From positions 15,996,001-16,060,000 of the forward strand of contig NC_043003.1 in NCBI RefSeq assembly GCF_006345805.1: a DNA stretch of 64,000 nucleotides. Reading direction: 5' to 3'. Positions 13,234-24,570 of this stretch are shown piece by piece. The DNA is from Octopus sinensis (taxonomy: Eukaryota). The notes under the pieces are model-generated. The model saw only the letters and a program-made list of their open reading frames with translations. It had not been told where the DNA came from and did not search any database. A program made the position numbers and the translations under genes. Within the stretch, counting starts at the first letter, position 1. Every line of letters begins with the position of its first letter.

Positions 13234-13274
13234 TCCGAGTTTCTTTGTACTCTCTTTACTGTACTGACTAACTT
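13234..13274 (-). CDS. Candidate 41-nt exon, unidentified
   Basis: ttgtcattacAG acceptor and perfect GTAAGT donor. Two frames are open (EVSQYSKESTKKLG or KLVSTVKRVQRNS). Confidence 0.2.
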
Positions 13275-13349
13275 CTGTAATGACAATATAATTTGTATCT
13301 TAAATATTTAGCACCTAACAAGCTTGAATACACGGAGTTAAATGCCCAC

Positions 13350-13760
13350 AAGCATGTGGTTGTGGGGTTAAGGAGCAGGCTTTGCAGGTACGTGGCTTTG
13401 GGTTCAGGTCCACTGTACGATGTCTTGGTCAAGTGTCTTCTACTATAGGCCCGGGCTAACCCATATATTGTGAGTGAATTTTGTATACGGAAACTGTGTG
13501 GAATCCCGTACTATGTATGTCCTGGTGTTTGGTTATGTACATGCGTCTCTTTGTGTTTCTGATTGTACCTCATCATCGCTTGACAACTGGTGTTGGTTTG
13601 TTTATGTCCCTGTAACCTAGTGGTTTGGTGTAAGAGACTGGTAGAATAAATACAGACTATTTTTTTTTAAATACTAGGGTCGATTTTTTCGATTAATGCC
13701 TTCAAATCGGTGCCCCAGCATGGCCAGAGTGCAGTGGCTGAAACAAACAAAAGATAAGAC
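13350..13760 (+). mobile_element. SINE family B (tRNA head, internal microsatellite), diverged
   Basis: Collinear with copies at 23830-24235(-), 32410-32790(+), 35205-35470(-) and 39270-39675(+). Partial copies at about 20480, 22530, 31615, 46395, 46700, 47350, 58395, 60650, 61100, 63030, 63630 and 63800. Confidence 0.85.
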
Positions 13761-14062
13761 ATACTACGCATATCCCATTGTTGACACGTTTTAAACTAGG
13801 GGTCTCCAACTCATATGACCCGAGGGTCACACCTCATACCGGTGGGAGAGTCTTAAAGGACCACAACTTTTTTCCTGCATGTGCTTGGAACTCTTTCAAA
13901 GAAAAGCTGTACCTGATGTTGTTTCCTATTATTTCCATACAAATAGATTATAAATCAAGACACCAGAATTCGATTCCCAAACAAAGGCAGCCTATATATC
14001 TCTCACCAACTGACGACAATGATGGTCAGACATTTTATGGCATATAATACATATATATAGAG

Positions 14063-14175
14063 AGAGGGCGTTATTATACATAAATACCACACGCTAGGAG
14101 GGACTCTTTATTTTAGTAGTTTTGACTTTAAGAGTCCCTCCTAGCGTGTGGCATTTATGTGTAATAATGCCCTCT
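14063..14175. repeat. 46-bp inverted repeat with 21-nt spacer
   Basis: Arms 14063-14108 and 14130-14175 differ by three transitions. The repeat is flanked by (TA)n. Confidence 0.85.
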
Positions 14176-15377
14176 ATATAATATAAATATATATATTTAA
14201 GTGAAAAAAATTGATGGATTTTTTTCTCTTATGAGGTTTTTCACGCTAACTACTTGATAAATTCTTATGAAGATTTTATCCTATTTTTAAATTGTAAATT
14301 TAACCGGAACATATAATATATATATAGAAAGAATGTACTCAAAACTGGCTCCTTTTCTGGTACCGCTTTTCCTTAACCAGCTCGGAAATTTCAGACATTA
14401 TTGTTCTGGTTGTTGCCAATGTTAAAGATGATTTCAAATTGTTATCTGTCAGCCGGGAACGCAGGTAAATCTTGTTCAATTTTAAGGTTGAAAAAAAAAA
14501 AAACTCTCACACATATGTGCTACCAAACTTACACAACACTTTCTTAACTAACCATATGATGTTTGGGTATTTCACAGGGTCAACATAGGTGTAGAACTGA
14601 GGTACTCCAGCATTTGAAAACTTCTGATTTAATGCTGAATCACATGTGATGTCAATATGTTTAATTTGAATAGAAGAAGGAACATCATTAATATCACCAG
14701 CAAAAGGGGTTCGAAAACACATCAAGCTGTGGCTTCATTTCCTTCAGTTCTTTGGATAATTTGGCAAATTTCCTCTGCAGTTTGTTGATAAATTCCACAC
14801 TCTCCTTTAGTGCATCACCGTCCACTGGATTCAACGTTTTCAGCGATGGGAAATGGTCAATATTTTTAGTAGTAATTGTTTCTCCCACAGACATAGTCTC
14901 ATCTTGAAAGCAGTGATGTTATCACTCATTTGCATAATCACGCCTTGGAATTTCAAATTAAGTGTATTCAGGTGCTTAGTGATGTCAACAAAGAAAGCCA
15001 AATGTACAAAAATCGAATTATGAAACATCTGTTTGCTTCGTAGCCATGAACATCTATTTCTTCCCTAAGCGCAAAGAACCTCTCCAAAACTTTACCGCGA
15101 CTTAGCCAGCGTGCCTCAGAGTGATAAAGCATCTCTCCATATTCACTATCCATTTGCTCCAGGAAGGTCTTGAATTGGCAATGATTCAAACTGCGTGTTC
15201 TGATGGTATTTATGATTTTGACCACGGCATCCATGACATTTCACAGCTTCACTGCTTTTCCACAGAGAGGCTCTTGGTGAATCAGGCAATGAACAAGTAC
15301 AATAGGTTGACAGCCAAGTTCAAGTTGCTTTGACTTAACTAAACCAATCACGCTGCCACAGTTTTCAGAACATAAGT

Positions 15378-15605
15378 CGGAGAGCTGGCAGAATCGTTAG
15401 CACGCCGGGCGAAATGCTTAGCGGTATTTCGTCTGCCGTTACGTTCTGAGTTCAAATTCCGCCGAGGTCAACTTTGCCTTTCATTCTTTCGGGGTCGATA
15501 AATTAAGTACTAGTTACGCACTGGGGTCGATGTAATCGATTTAATCCGTTTGTCTGCCCTTGTTTGTTCCTTCTATATTTAGCCCCTTGTGGGCAATAAA
15601 GAAAC
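15378..15605 (+). mobile_element. SINE family A inserted into the hAT transposase
   Basis: Full head and body with hAT sequence on both sides. The flanks share ACAGTTTTCAGA (possible TSD). Confidence 0.85.
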
Positions 15606-16400
15606 AGTTTTCAGAGCACATCGCAGGTGCTTCATCAGTTGCTAAGGACACAAGCTTCTCCCACTCCAAACCAGAACCTTCAACGGAACTTTCCAACACT
15701 TTAAAAACATCTCTTCCTGCTGCCGTGTTTTTCAGTTGAACTAAGTCAAAAGTTCCTCGGTCATTTTGAGATCTTTGTCAATGCCACGAATGAAAATTGC
15801 AAAAAATGCAGAGTGTTAGCAGAAAGATTAATTTCAGAAAAAATTTTCCCTTTTTTCCGGACAGAGAACTTGGGCAACATTCACCAAACAGTCTTCCACG
15901 AATTGACCTTCAGTAAATGGGTGTGATGTCCTTGCAATCATTTGACTGATTACAAAGCTGGCGTTTACAACATCTTCTGACGATCTGTGTACCTTGTTGA
16001 AAACATGTCTCTGTTGTGATAGAGATGATTTCAGTAGACAAAGTTTATCATGCCTTAATATCCTTTCGAACTTGTCAAGTGAAATGTAGTGCCGCTTGAT
16101 GTTGTACTCTTTGGGAACGACAATCGTCTGCAGGCAAATAAGACAATGAATCTGGCATTTCCCATTTGCACGTGCTTGACTCTGGATCACAAAGTAGCTA
16201 TCGTCCCAACGTTCTTGAAATATTTTCATCCAATATTTTCTTTTTTGTTTTTCCTTCAGAAGCCATCTTGATGGAGAGTGATTTTACTCAATGTCCTTTT
16301 GTTTTATTATTACTCAAAAGTTGGTATGCTTCCAATTCTAACTGAAAAGAAATGAAAAAGGAATCCGGATTAGATAAATTATATTATTATATTATATATA

Positions 16401-16625
16401 AAGGCGGCGAGCTGGCAGAAACGTTAGCACGCCGGGCGAAATGCGTAGCCGTATTTTGTCTGCCGTTACGTTCTGAGTTCAAATTCCGTCGAGGTCGACT
16501 TTGCCTTTCCTCCTTTCGGGTCGAAAATAAGTACCAGTTACGCACTGGGGTCGATGTAATCGACTTAAATCCGTTGTCTGTCCTTGTTTGTCCCCTCTGT
16601 GTTTAGCCCTTGTGGGTAGTAAAGA
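16401..16625 (+). mobile_element. SINE family A monomer
   Basis: Matches 4256-4490. Other copies at 17590-17730, 24360-24560(-), 25625-26270, 26850-27070(-), 34110-34356(-), 36390-36530, 44590-45170, 45270-45950(-), 49600-49940, 51000-51440(-), 58015-58235(-) and 60865-61100. Confidence 0.9.
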
Positions 16626-16689
16626 ATATATATTTTATATATATATATATATTATATATATATATATATTATATATATATATATATAAA

Positions 16690-17203
16690 AAATAGTAAAG
16701 TGTGAAAAAACGAAGAAGGCTTAAATGTTAAAAAATATATATTTTGTGTCAAATGTCTGGAGAATATTGGAAAAAGTTTTTTCCTTTCCTTAAAATGACA
16801 TAATTTTAAAATTTTTAAAGAAAATTACCGTTTCGCGTGTAGCTTTTCAAATTTCTTGTCACGTTATGTTTATATTGCATGGAGTTATCGTTGTGTTTAT
16901 TTTCAGGAGATTCTAAATAAGGGGAGAGTCGGGTAGTGAGTGATTTCTTCCGGTGTAAGGGAGATAATCGCTTAAAATTTTTTTCCTTTTCCTTGTTAAT
17001 TTCTCTGTGTCAGTATGTTCGGATGGTTGAGTCTGGGTTTGTACTTTTCATGAAGAATGTCCTTGTTCAGTCTCATTTGTGTGATGATCCGAAAGCACAT
17101 GGTAAAATGGGAAGATTAAAAATGGTGCAGTAGTGCTTTGCGCATTTCTCAATGTGCTCACTAAAAGGTATCATTCTATATTCTGGGAATGCAATCTGTT
17201 TTC
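16690..17203 (-). mobile_element. Penelope-like element 3' end: GIY-YIG C-terminus, hammerhead-like motif and AT-rich tail
   Basis: Frameshifted translation KQIAFPEYRMIPFSEHIEKCAK / FLIFPFYH / QMRLNK..EKYKPRLN ends in the PLE endonuclease I....P.LN motif. The ribozyme-like motif follows at 16857-16818. Confidence 0.7.
16818..16857 (-). ncRNA. Minimal type I hammerhead-like motif, U3:A8 core (helix III one base short)
   Basis: AAGAAAT-TTGAAAA-GC tacac GC-GAAAC-G-GTA-ATTTTCTT. Confidence 0.5.
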
Positions 17204-17231
17204 TATCTATCTATATATCTATCTATCTATA

Positions 17232-17266
<35 letters not shown>

Positions 17267-17300
17267 AATTATATATATATATATATTATATATATATATA

Positions 17301-17375
17301 CAGGCCTGTAGCCAGAAGAAAATTCAGGAAGGTGGGGGGAGAAGTTTGGGGGGGGGGAGTTGGGGGACGGGAGGA
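17301..17375. mobile_element. hAT/MITE-like terminus CAGGCCTGTAGCCAG followed by G-tracts (potential G-quadruplex at 17334-17371)
   Basis: The motif is typical of hAT-type TIRs, and four G-runs follow in an AT-rich context. No partner TIR was found. Confidence 0.4.
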
Positions 17376-18094
17376 GGAGTTCCTAAATACCTTTCCAGAG
17401 AGCAAAAAAAAAGCTCTCAGTGGGTACTCACCTATAAATTGCCAGAAATTGGCACTTCTTTTCATTTTTTTTCTAAAACTGTTTCTTTTTACATTCTGAA
17501 ATGATTCGGGGATCGGGGAATGTACATTCCCACCCTGTTTTAAACTAATATCGGTCGAGCTTGTCTGTGTGCGTAATACTTAATGATTTTTTTTTTTTTT
17601 GCCTTTCATCCTTTCGGGGTCAATTAAATAAGTACCAGTTACGCACTGGGGTCGATGTTATCGACTTAATCTCTTTGTCTGTCCTGTTTGTCCCCTCTAT
17701 GTTTAGCCCCCTGTGGGCAATAAACAAATAAATATATATCTAATTCTGTAGTATGAGTTTAGAGGGTTGAAAGATATCTGAAGATATCGCTTATAACGCT
17801 GTAGCATTTTAGTACACAGTCGAAAGTAATGCTTATTTATTCACATAATTTACCATTGATTATGCAATATCTCGTAGATTCGAGAATTCGATATGATTGT
17901 ATATCTTTAGATTCTAAAGATTCTAATAACATTGCAGATTAAGTGTGCGTGGGTGGGTCTCAGAGGTTTGATTATAAAGCTGGTAGAATATTCTGGCATG
18001 GTACCGCTGATTTAAATGCTAATCGGAAATCACCACATCGATGAAAGATACGCTAGCTATTTCTGGTTCCCTGAAGATCGCGTTTTGTCTTACA

Positions 18095-18348
18095 CTTCTT
18101 GTCTTATTCAGGTGCCCTGGTGATGTCAACAAGGAAAGCCAAACGTACAAAAATCGAATTCTGGAACATCTGTTTGCTTCATAGCCATGAACACCTATTT
18201 CTTCCATAAGCGAAAAGGACCTCTCCAAAACATTACCCCGACGTAGCCAGCGTACCTCAGACTGATAAAGCAGCTCTCCATATTCACTATACATTTGCTC
18301 CAGGAAGGTCTTGAATTGACGATGATTCAAACTGCGCGTTCTGATGGT
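18095..18348 (-). mobile_element. Second copy of the Buster-type transposase core segment (paralogous to about 14975-15205)
   Basis: IRTRSLNHRQFKTFLEQMYSEYGELLYQSEVRWLRRGNVLERSF; about 90% identical to the first copy by eye. Confidence 0.85.
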
Positions 18349-18520
18349 AAACAATTGCAAGAGAAGACTTAGGGACACAAATGTATGCTCACTTGTATAT
18401 TGTGACAAATTCTAACACATTTCTGGGATGCATTACAATTTGTGAGCATACATCTAAGTTCGTATACATTTGACACTGTTGGCATGCATTGACCTTAATA
18501 GAAAAAAGTTGGCTGTTTGC
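18345..18520 (-). mobile_element. Possible C-terminal fragment of a different hAT (ZMYM1-like/Tip100 type)
   Basis: PRNVLEFV(fs)QYTSEHTFVSLSLLLQLFTI resembles P.ELL.FI.QYGDE.VFPNL.IALQILLTI. Confidence 0.35.
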
Positions 18521-18939
18521 CTGCACTTCTAAGGCAAGGAAGGGGGGGTATGGTTTTGTGTGTGTGTGTGTGTGATTAAATGTAGATCGTACAAGTGAAT
18601 CTTGGTTCAAAAACTGCGTAGCATTCTATTCAAGGTATGTGAGTGGACGTGTGTCTATAAATATATGTGTATTTGTGTGTGTCTGCATGTGTACATGTAT
18701 ATATAAACATATGTATATATGTGTGTGTGTTTTTGTGTGTGAGTATATGCGTGTGTGTGAGTGTGTGGGGGTGTATGTGTGTGTATGCATGTATATACAT
18801 AGATAGACAGATAGATAGATAGATATATAGAGATATAGATATATACATACATACACACACCCACGCACACAGATGCACACACACAAATACACGCACACAC
18901 ACACACACACACACACACCCACACACCCAACACATATAT

Positions 18940-18985
<46 letters not shown>

Positions 18986-19139
18986 CAACAGATGCATACA
19001 TACGGTAATCGAAAGCATAATAATCAGATGCGAGAAAATATCAAACCTGCATTGTATATTTGTACATTAAAATATTTATGGGAAAGTATTCGCTTTCTGA
19101 TAAAAGAAAATGGTAACGAAATTCATATAATATATATAT

Positions 19140-19185
<46 letters not shown>

Positions 19186-19270
19186 TCGTACTCCATTACC
19201 TTATATTTCACATTCAATCTCATTATACTTAATCAATGGAAACAAGATTTTTTTTTACTTCTCTATTCCC

Positions 19271-19308
<38 letters not shown>

Positions 19309-19430
19309 ATATATATAATATATAATTATATATAATATATATTATATATATATATATATTTATTATATATATATAGATATATACATATATATACATTATA
19401 TATATATATATATATACATATATATACATA

Positions 19431-19464
<34 letters not shown>

Positions 19465-19539
19465 TAATATAAATATATATATATATATATAATATATATA
19501 TATATATACATACATATTTATATATATATATATACATAC

Positions 19540-19579
<40 letters not shown>

Positions 19580-19895
19580 GTATGTATATTCTGTTTTATA
19601 TTATTTGTTGTTTCTCGCATCGTTCAGTTTCCTTTTCATTTTCCATCTAACAAGCTTATTAGCACACTTTCAGTACACGTTACTTCTGCGTACGAATCCC
19701 AGATAACAGCAAACTTTTACTCTTTGTCTCTCTTTCGGAGTAGGCTTTATATGTGTGTGTATGTATGTATATATATATGTATGCATGTATGCATGTATGT
19801 ATGTAAGTATATATATTTATATATATGTATATATACGTATATAGATAGATGTATTTATGTACGTATTTATGTATATATGAACGGATGGATCTATG

Positions 19896-19929
<34 letters not shown>

Positions 19930-20734
19930 TGTATGTATGTATGTATGTATGTATGTATTATGTATGTATGTATGTATGTATGTATGTGTGTATTATGTAT
20001 GTATGTATGTATTATGTATGTATGTATTATGTATTATGTATGTATGTATTATGTATGTATGTATGTATGTATGTATTATGTATGTATGTATTATGTATGT
20101 ATGTATATATCCATGTATGTATGTATGTACGTATTATGTATGTATGTATGTATGTGTTCTGTGTTTATTTTTTTGTCTTTCGTTTTTGTGATTTATTTTT
20201 TGTTTACGTTTTCTTTATATTTTAGTTGTTTCTGATTAACTGTTTTCTTATTTTTACACCTCTATATATATATATGTGTGTGTGTGTGGTGTGTGTATGT
20301 GTGGTGTGTGTGTGTGTGTGTGTATGTGTGTGTGTGTGTGTGTGCGTTGTTTTTACTTAAATCTTTTAATCTCTTTCTTTCATGTTTTTTTCCTTCCTGG
20401 CATTTGTTTCTCTATTTTCTTTATGTAAAATATTTTGCCATTTCTATGTTATCTTCTTATCCTGTATTGGTTTCTATATTTGGACTGCCACTGTGCTGTG
20501 GCATTGTCTTGAAGGGTTTTATTAGAAGAAATCGCCCGAAGTAATTACGTTTAATTCTCTTATGTCTGGTACATCTTCTCCCGGGGACGTTACAAGCAAC
20601 ACCGGTTGTCAAGTGGTAAGAGTAATAAGAAAACATACAAAGCGACACTCACACACACACATATATATAAATATGCTTACATATGCGTGTGCATATATAT
20701 TGATATATATATACATACATACATACATACATAC

Positions 20735-20785
<51 letters not shown>

Positions 20786-20984
20786 TACATACATATAAAA
20801 GTAAATAAATGGTACAACGAGGCACCGATATTTACTGGAAAATAGCAATCGTAATAAATACGACGCTATTGTATAACTTCACTGCGTTTATACTACCAAA
20901 GACGCGTGTGTGCAACAAACATGAAAAAAATTTGTCTTACCTCTAGGAAGAACATCTGATAAATGGAAAACCTAGAATCGAATA

Positions 20985-21016
<32 letters not shown>

Positions 21017-21130
21017 AGTTCAGTAAAAACTTAGATTCAGTTGAATATGGTACTTAAGTTAAAGGCACCAGAATTTAGTATGGTATTATCCAGATATTCA
21101 AAATGGGGTGATTATAATCAAAATAACCAA

Positions 21131-21189
21131 CAAGGATATCCAGAGGTAATGCAGAAACGATCGTACTGCATTACCTCTGGATATCCTTG
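21131..21189. repeat. Perfect 24-bp hairpin around GAAACGATCGTA
   Basis: CAAGGATATCCAGAGGTAATGCAG, 11-nt loop, then the exact reverse complement. Confidence 0.9.
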
Positions 21190-21211
21190 CTGCTATCTTG
21201 ATATTAATATA

Positions 21212-21249
<38 letters not shown>

Positions 21250-21626
21250 TTATATATATATATATATATATTATATAATATATATATCTATATATATAGA
21301 TATGTAATGTATGTATGTATGTATGTATGTGTGTATGTATGTATGTATGTATGTATGTATGTATGTATGTTTATGTATATACCTGTTGTGTCTGAGAGAG
21401 TCATTTTCCTTTTGTGCTTTATAATTTAACACACTCACCGGTAAAATTTCCACTTATTTCTAAGTGTGTTAAATTATAAGTTACACAAAGAAAATTAATC
21501 TCCCCAGGCACAACAGAATATGCTTCAACACACAACTGACATAAAGAATTTTGCAAACTAAATCCAAAAGTAAATATATATATATACATACATATATATA
21601 TATATTATATATATATATATATATTA

Positions 21627-21666
<40 letters not shown>

Positions 21667-21923
21667 TATATACATATACATATATATATATATACACAAC
21701 ATATGTTATAATTATAAAGATAATGTGGTTGAATATTGAGAACAAATTGTAGAGTGGATTGTAGTATTTGACACCTGTTTCTAGCATTGGTGACCGTCAT
21801 TTCTACCAGCTATAGTTATATCGTTATAATTATATACGTAAAAAGTTAATGTTACTTATACAGCCATTTTTAAGTGCTAGGCCACTGATATAATCACTTT
21901 ATGATTATATCCTTATGTTATAA

Positions 21924-21946
<23 letters not shown>

Positions 21947-21957
<11 letters not shown>

Positions 21958-22303
21958 AATAGTAAAAAGTGAAAAAACTACAGAAGGCTTAAAGGTTAAA
22001 AAATATATATATTTGCGTCAATATGTCTGAAGAATATTAAAAAAATTTTTCTTACAATGACATAGTTTAGAAGAAAGACCGGTTTCGTGTTTAGCTTTTC
22101 AAATTTCTTACGACGTTATGTTAACGTTATGATAACGTCGTAAGAAATTTGAAAAGCTAAACGCGAAACCGGTCTTTCTTCTAAACTATGTCATTGTAAG
22201 AAAAAAATTTTTAATATTCTTCAGACATATTGACGCAAATATATATATTTTTTAACCTTTAAGCCTTCTGTAGTTTTTTCACTTTTTACTATTTTCTATA
22301 TAT
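21947..22303. mobile_element. Near-perfect fold-back (arms about 170 bp) of the 16690 Penelope-associated family
   Basis: Arms end at 22119 and start at 22132, with a 12-nt spacer. I saw one mismatch between the arms. Confidence 0.9.
22142..22180 (+). ncRNA. Minimal type I hammerhead-like motif, U3:A8 core
   Basis: AAGAAA-T-TTGAAAA-GC taaac GC-GAAAC-CG-GTC-TTTCTT. A mirror copy lies on the minus strand at about 22072-22110. Confidence 0.55.
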
Positions 22304-22759
22304 TCAACCACGTGCTTTCACAAACCAACTTTCTTATCTATATATATATATATGTATATATGTTTTGTTCACTCTAGTACCATTAACGGCGTTCCTAAAG
22401 AATTATTTTTTCGTGGTTAGGTTTAACGGCCATTTTTAGCATGTAAGGAGTCCTATCAAGGGTTTTCTTTCTGTGTATAACTCTTTATACACTTTTATAT
22501 GTATGCATATATATATATATATGTATGTATATGTATGTATATATACATCAGGCTTCCACACATTTTCCGTCATCTAAATTTAATTCACAAGGCATCGGTA
22601 AACTCTGGGCAATTGAAGAAGATATTTATCTGACCTCCTATACAGTGGAACTAGTCTCAAATCTACGTTTTAATCCCTGCTTAATTTTGTCCATTGTTTG
22701 TATTTTCTTTTACAATTTGTTTCAGTCGCTAATTTAATAAAAATCCTGTCCAGCCATAT

Positions 22760-23110
22760 ATATATATATCATACATTGCTTATAAACTCTATATCTGGAT
22801 GGACTCATATTAAACTCTGTTGGACTTTTGGATTTTACTCAAAGGATATTGGAATATTGCATATATGCCATTATGCTTATAAAACGGATTTACAAATTCA
22901 ACACCCATAAATATCTTACATCTATTTTCTTTCCTCCACCTCACTCTCTATTTGTATCACATCGAAACTAACTATGACTTAATTCTTCCTCTCACGCCAT
23001 CTCCGATGAAGGGATATTATTAATTAATATCCTAGAAACAGCTGTAAGACCATCTATCTATAAATGCTCTAATATCTATATACCCTTGGTTTTTATTCTC
23101 ATTGCCCAAA
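22760..23110 (+). mobile_element. AT-rich (TA)n-flanked element carrying a minimal hammerhead
   Basis: Same family as 9549-9660. The diverged segment at 1440-1600 shares GAAACAGCTGTA (1578-1589). Confidence 0.7.
23000..23049 (+). ncRNA. Minimal type I hammerhead-like motif, U4C core
   Basis: TCT-CCGATGA-A-[9-bp stem GGGATATTA/TAATATCCT]-A-GAAAC-AGCT-GTA-AGA. Confidence 0.6.
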
Positions 23111-23309
23111 AGTTCGTGTATATATATACTATATATACATATATATATTATATATATATATTATATATCCGTAAATAATGAAGGTGAAATTAATTAATTT
23201 GGAATAATTATCAATTACACCAGTAGTCTTCGGCATGTAATCTTCGGCATGTAGTATTACTTAGTATTACTTTATTGCTTAGTATATATATATATATATA
23301 CTATATATA

Positions 23310-23360
<51 letters not shown>

Positions 23361-24570
23361 AATATACGCATACATACATACATATTTATGGATATATATA
23401 TATGTGCGTGTGTATTTATTTATTTATTATATGTTACCATACACTTAACTGATTTCGTTCAATTAGATTGAATAAGAGCAATACTTTATTTTAGTTCGGT
23501 ACAGCTTCTAGCAATCCCGTAACGGACCGAAGGCAAAGCAAATGTAATGTAAAAAAGGCAAAACTGGAGTTAAATTAAATACTGCCATGTATTATCGTAG
23601 CTTCACATATGATTTTCATTCTTTGCCTATACACAAGCAAACACACACATACGTACCAGTCAGATTGGTTGTAACTCGATGTTTCAGCAAAACATCTGAC
23701 GAAATACAATATATAGAATATATACAATATGTAGAATAGAAACATCTTTTCAGACACCGATATCGCAAGTAACCTGCAGGCTTATTAAAAATTAACTATT
23801 AGCAACGAAAGCAGTATTAATTACAAATTCTTTCATCCTTTTATTTGTTTCGGTAATTTGACTGCGGCCATGCTGAAGCACCACCTTTAGACGAACAAAT
23901 CGATCCCAGGACTTATTCTTTGTAAGCCTGGTACTTGTTCTATCAGTCGCTTTTGCCGAACCGCTAAGTTACGGGGACGTAAACGCAAAAGCATCAGTTG
24001 TCAAGCGATGGTGGAGGGGGGCAAACACAGACGCACAAATATATACACACGTACATATATATATACGACGGGTTTCTTTCAGTTTCTGTCTATCAAATCC
24101 ACTCACAAGTCTTTGGTCGGCCCGAGGCTATAGTAGAAGACACTTGCCCAAGGTGCCACGCAGTGGGACTGAACCCGAAACCGTGTGATTGGGAAGAAAG
24201 CTACTTACCACACAGCCACTCCTGCGCCTATAAATGGTAATCTTTATATCCAAATTATCATGGACGTCCCGTTGGAAAACCGAATACTGTGTTATTAGCC
24301 TCGAGAGATCCTCTCATATAGGTGCTTAGTGCATAAAAGTATACACATTCTTTTCTATTCTAGTGCATAAGGCCCGAAATTCTGGGGGACAGGGCAGGTC
24401 GATTAGATCGACCCAGTAAGAAACTGGTACTTAACTTATCGAACCCGAAAGGATGAAAGGCAAAGTCGACCTAGGCGGAATTTAAACTCAAACCATAAAG
24501 ACAGTCGAAACACCGCTAAACATTTCGCCCGGCGTGCTAACGCTTCCTATTTCTTTACTGCCTACAAGGA

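Larger units (their letters stand above)
13797..16266 (-). mobile_element. Buster/SPIN-type hAT DNA transposon with a decayed GTF2IRD2-like transposase (about 16266-14335)
   Basis: Fragments MASEGKTKKRK, CLICLQTIVVPKEYNIKRHY, HPFTEGQFV, YHSEARWLSRGKVLERFF, AFFVDITKHLN, FGSTYVCE and RSRLTD. TIR-like TAGGGGTCTCCAACTC at 13797 is preceded by the NNNTANNN site TTTTAAAC. The second TIR was not found. Confidence 0.85.

Noticed and set aside
23670-23770. CTGACGA...GAAACATC hammerhead-like words
   Set aside because: No helix II and no consistent stem I pairing.
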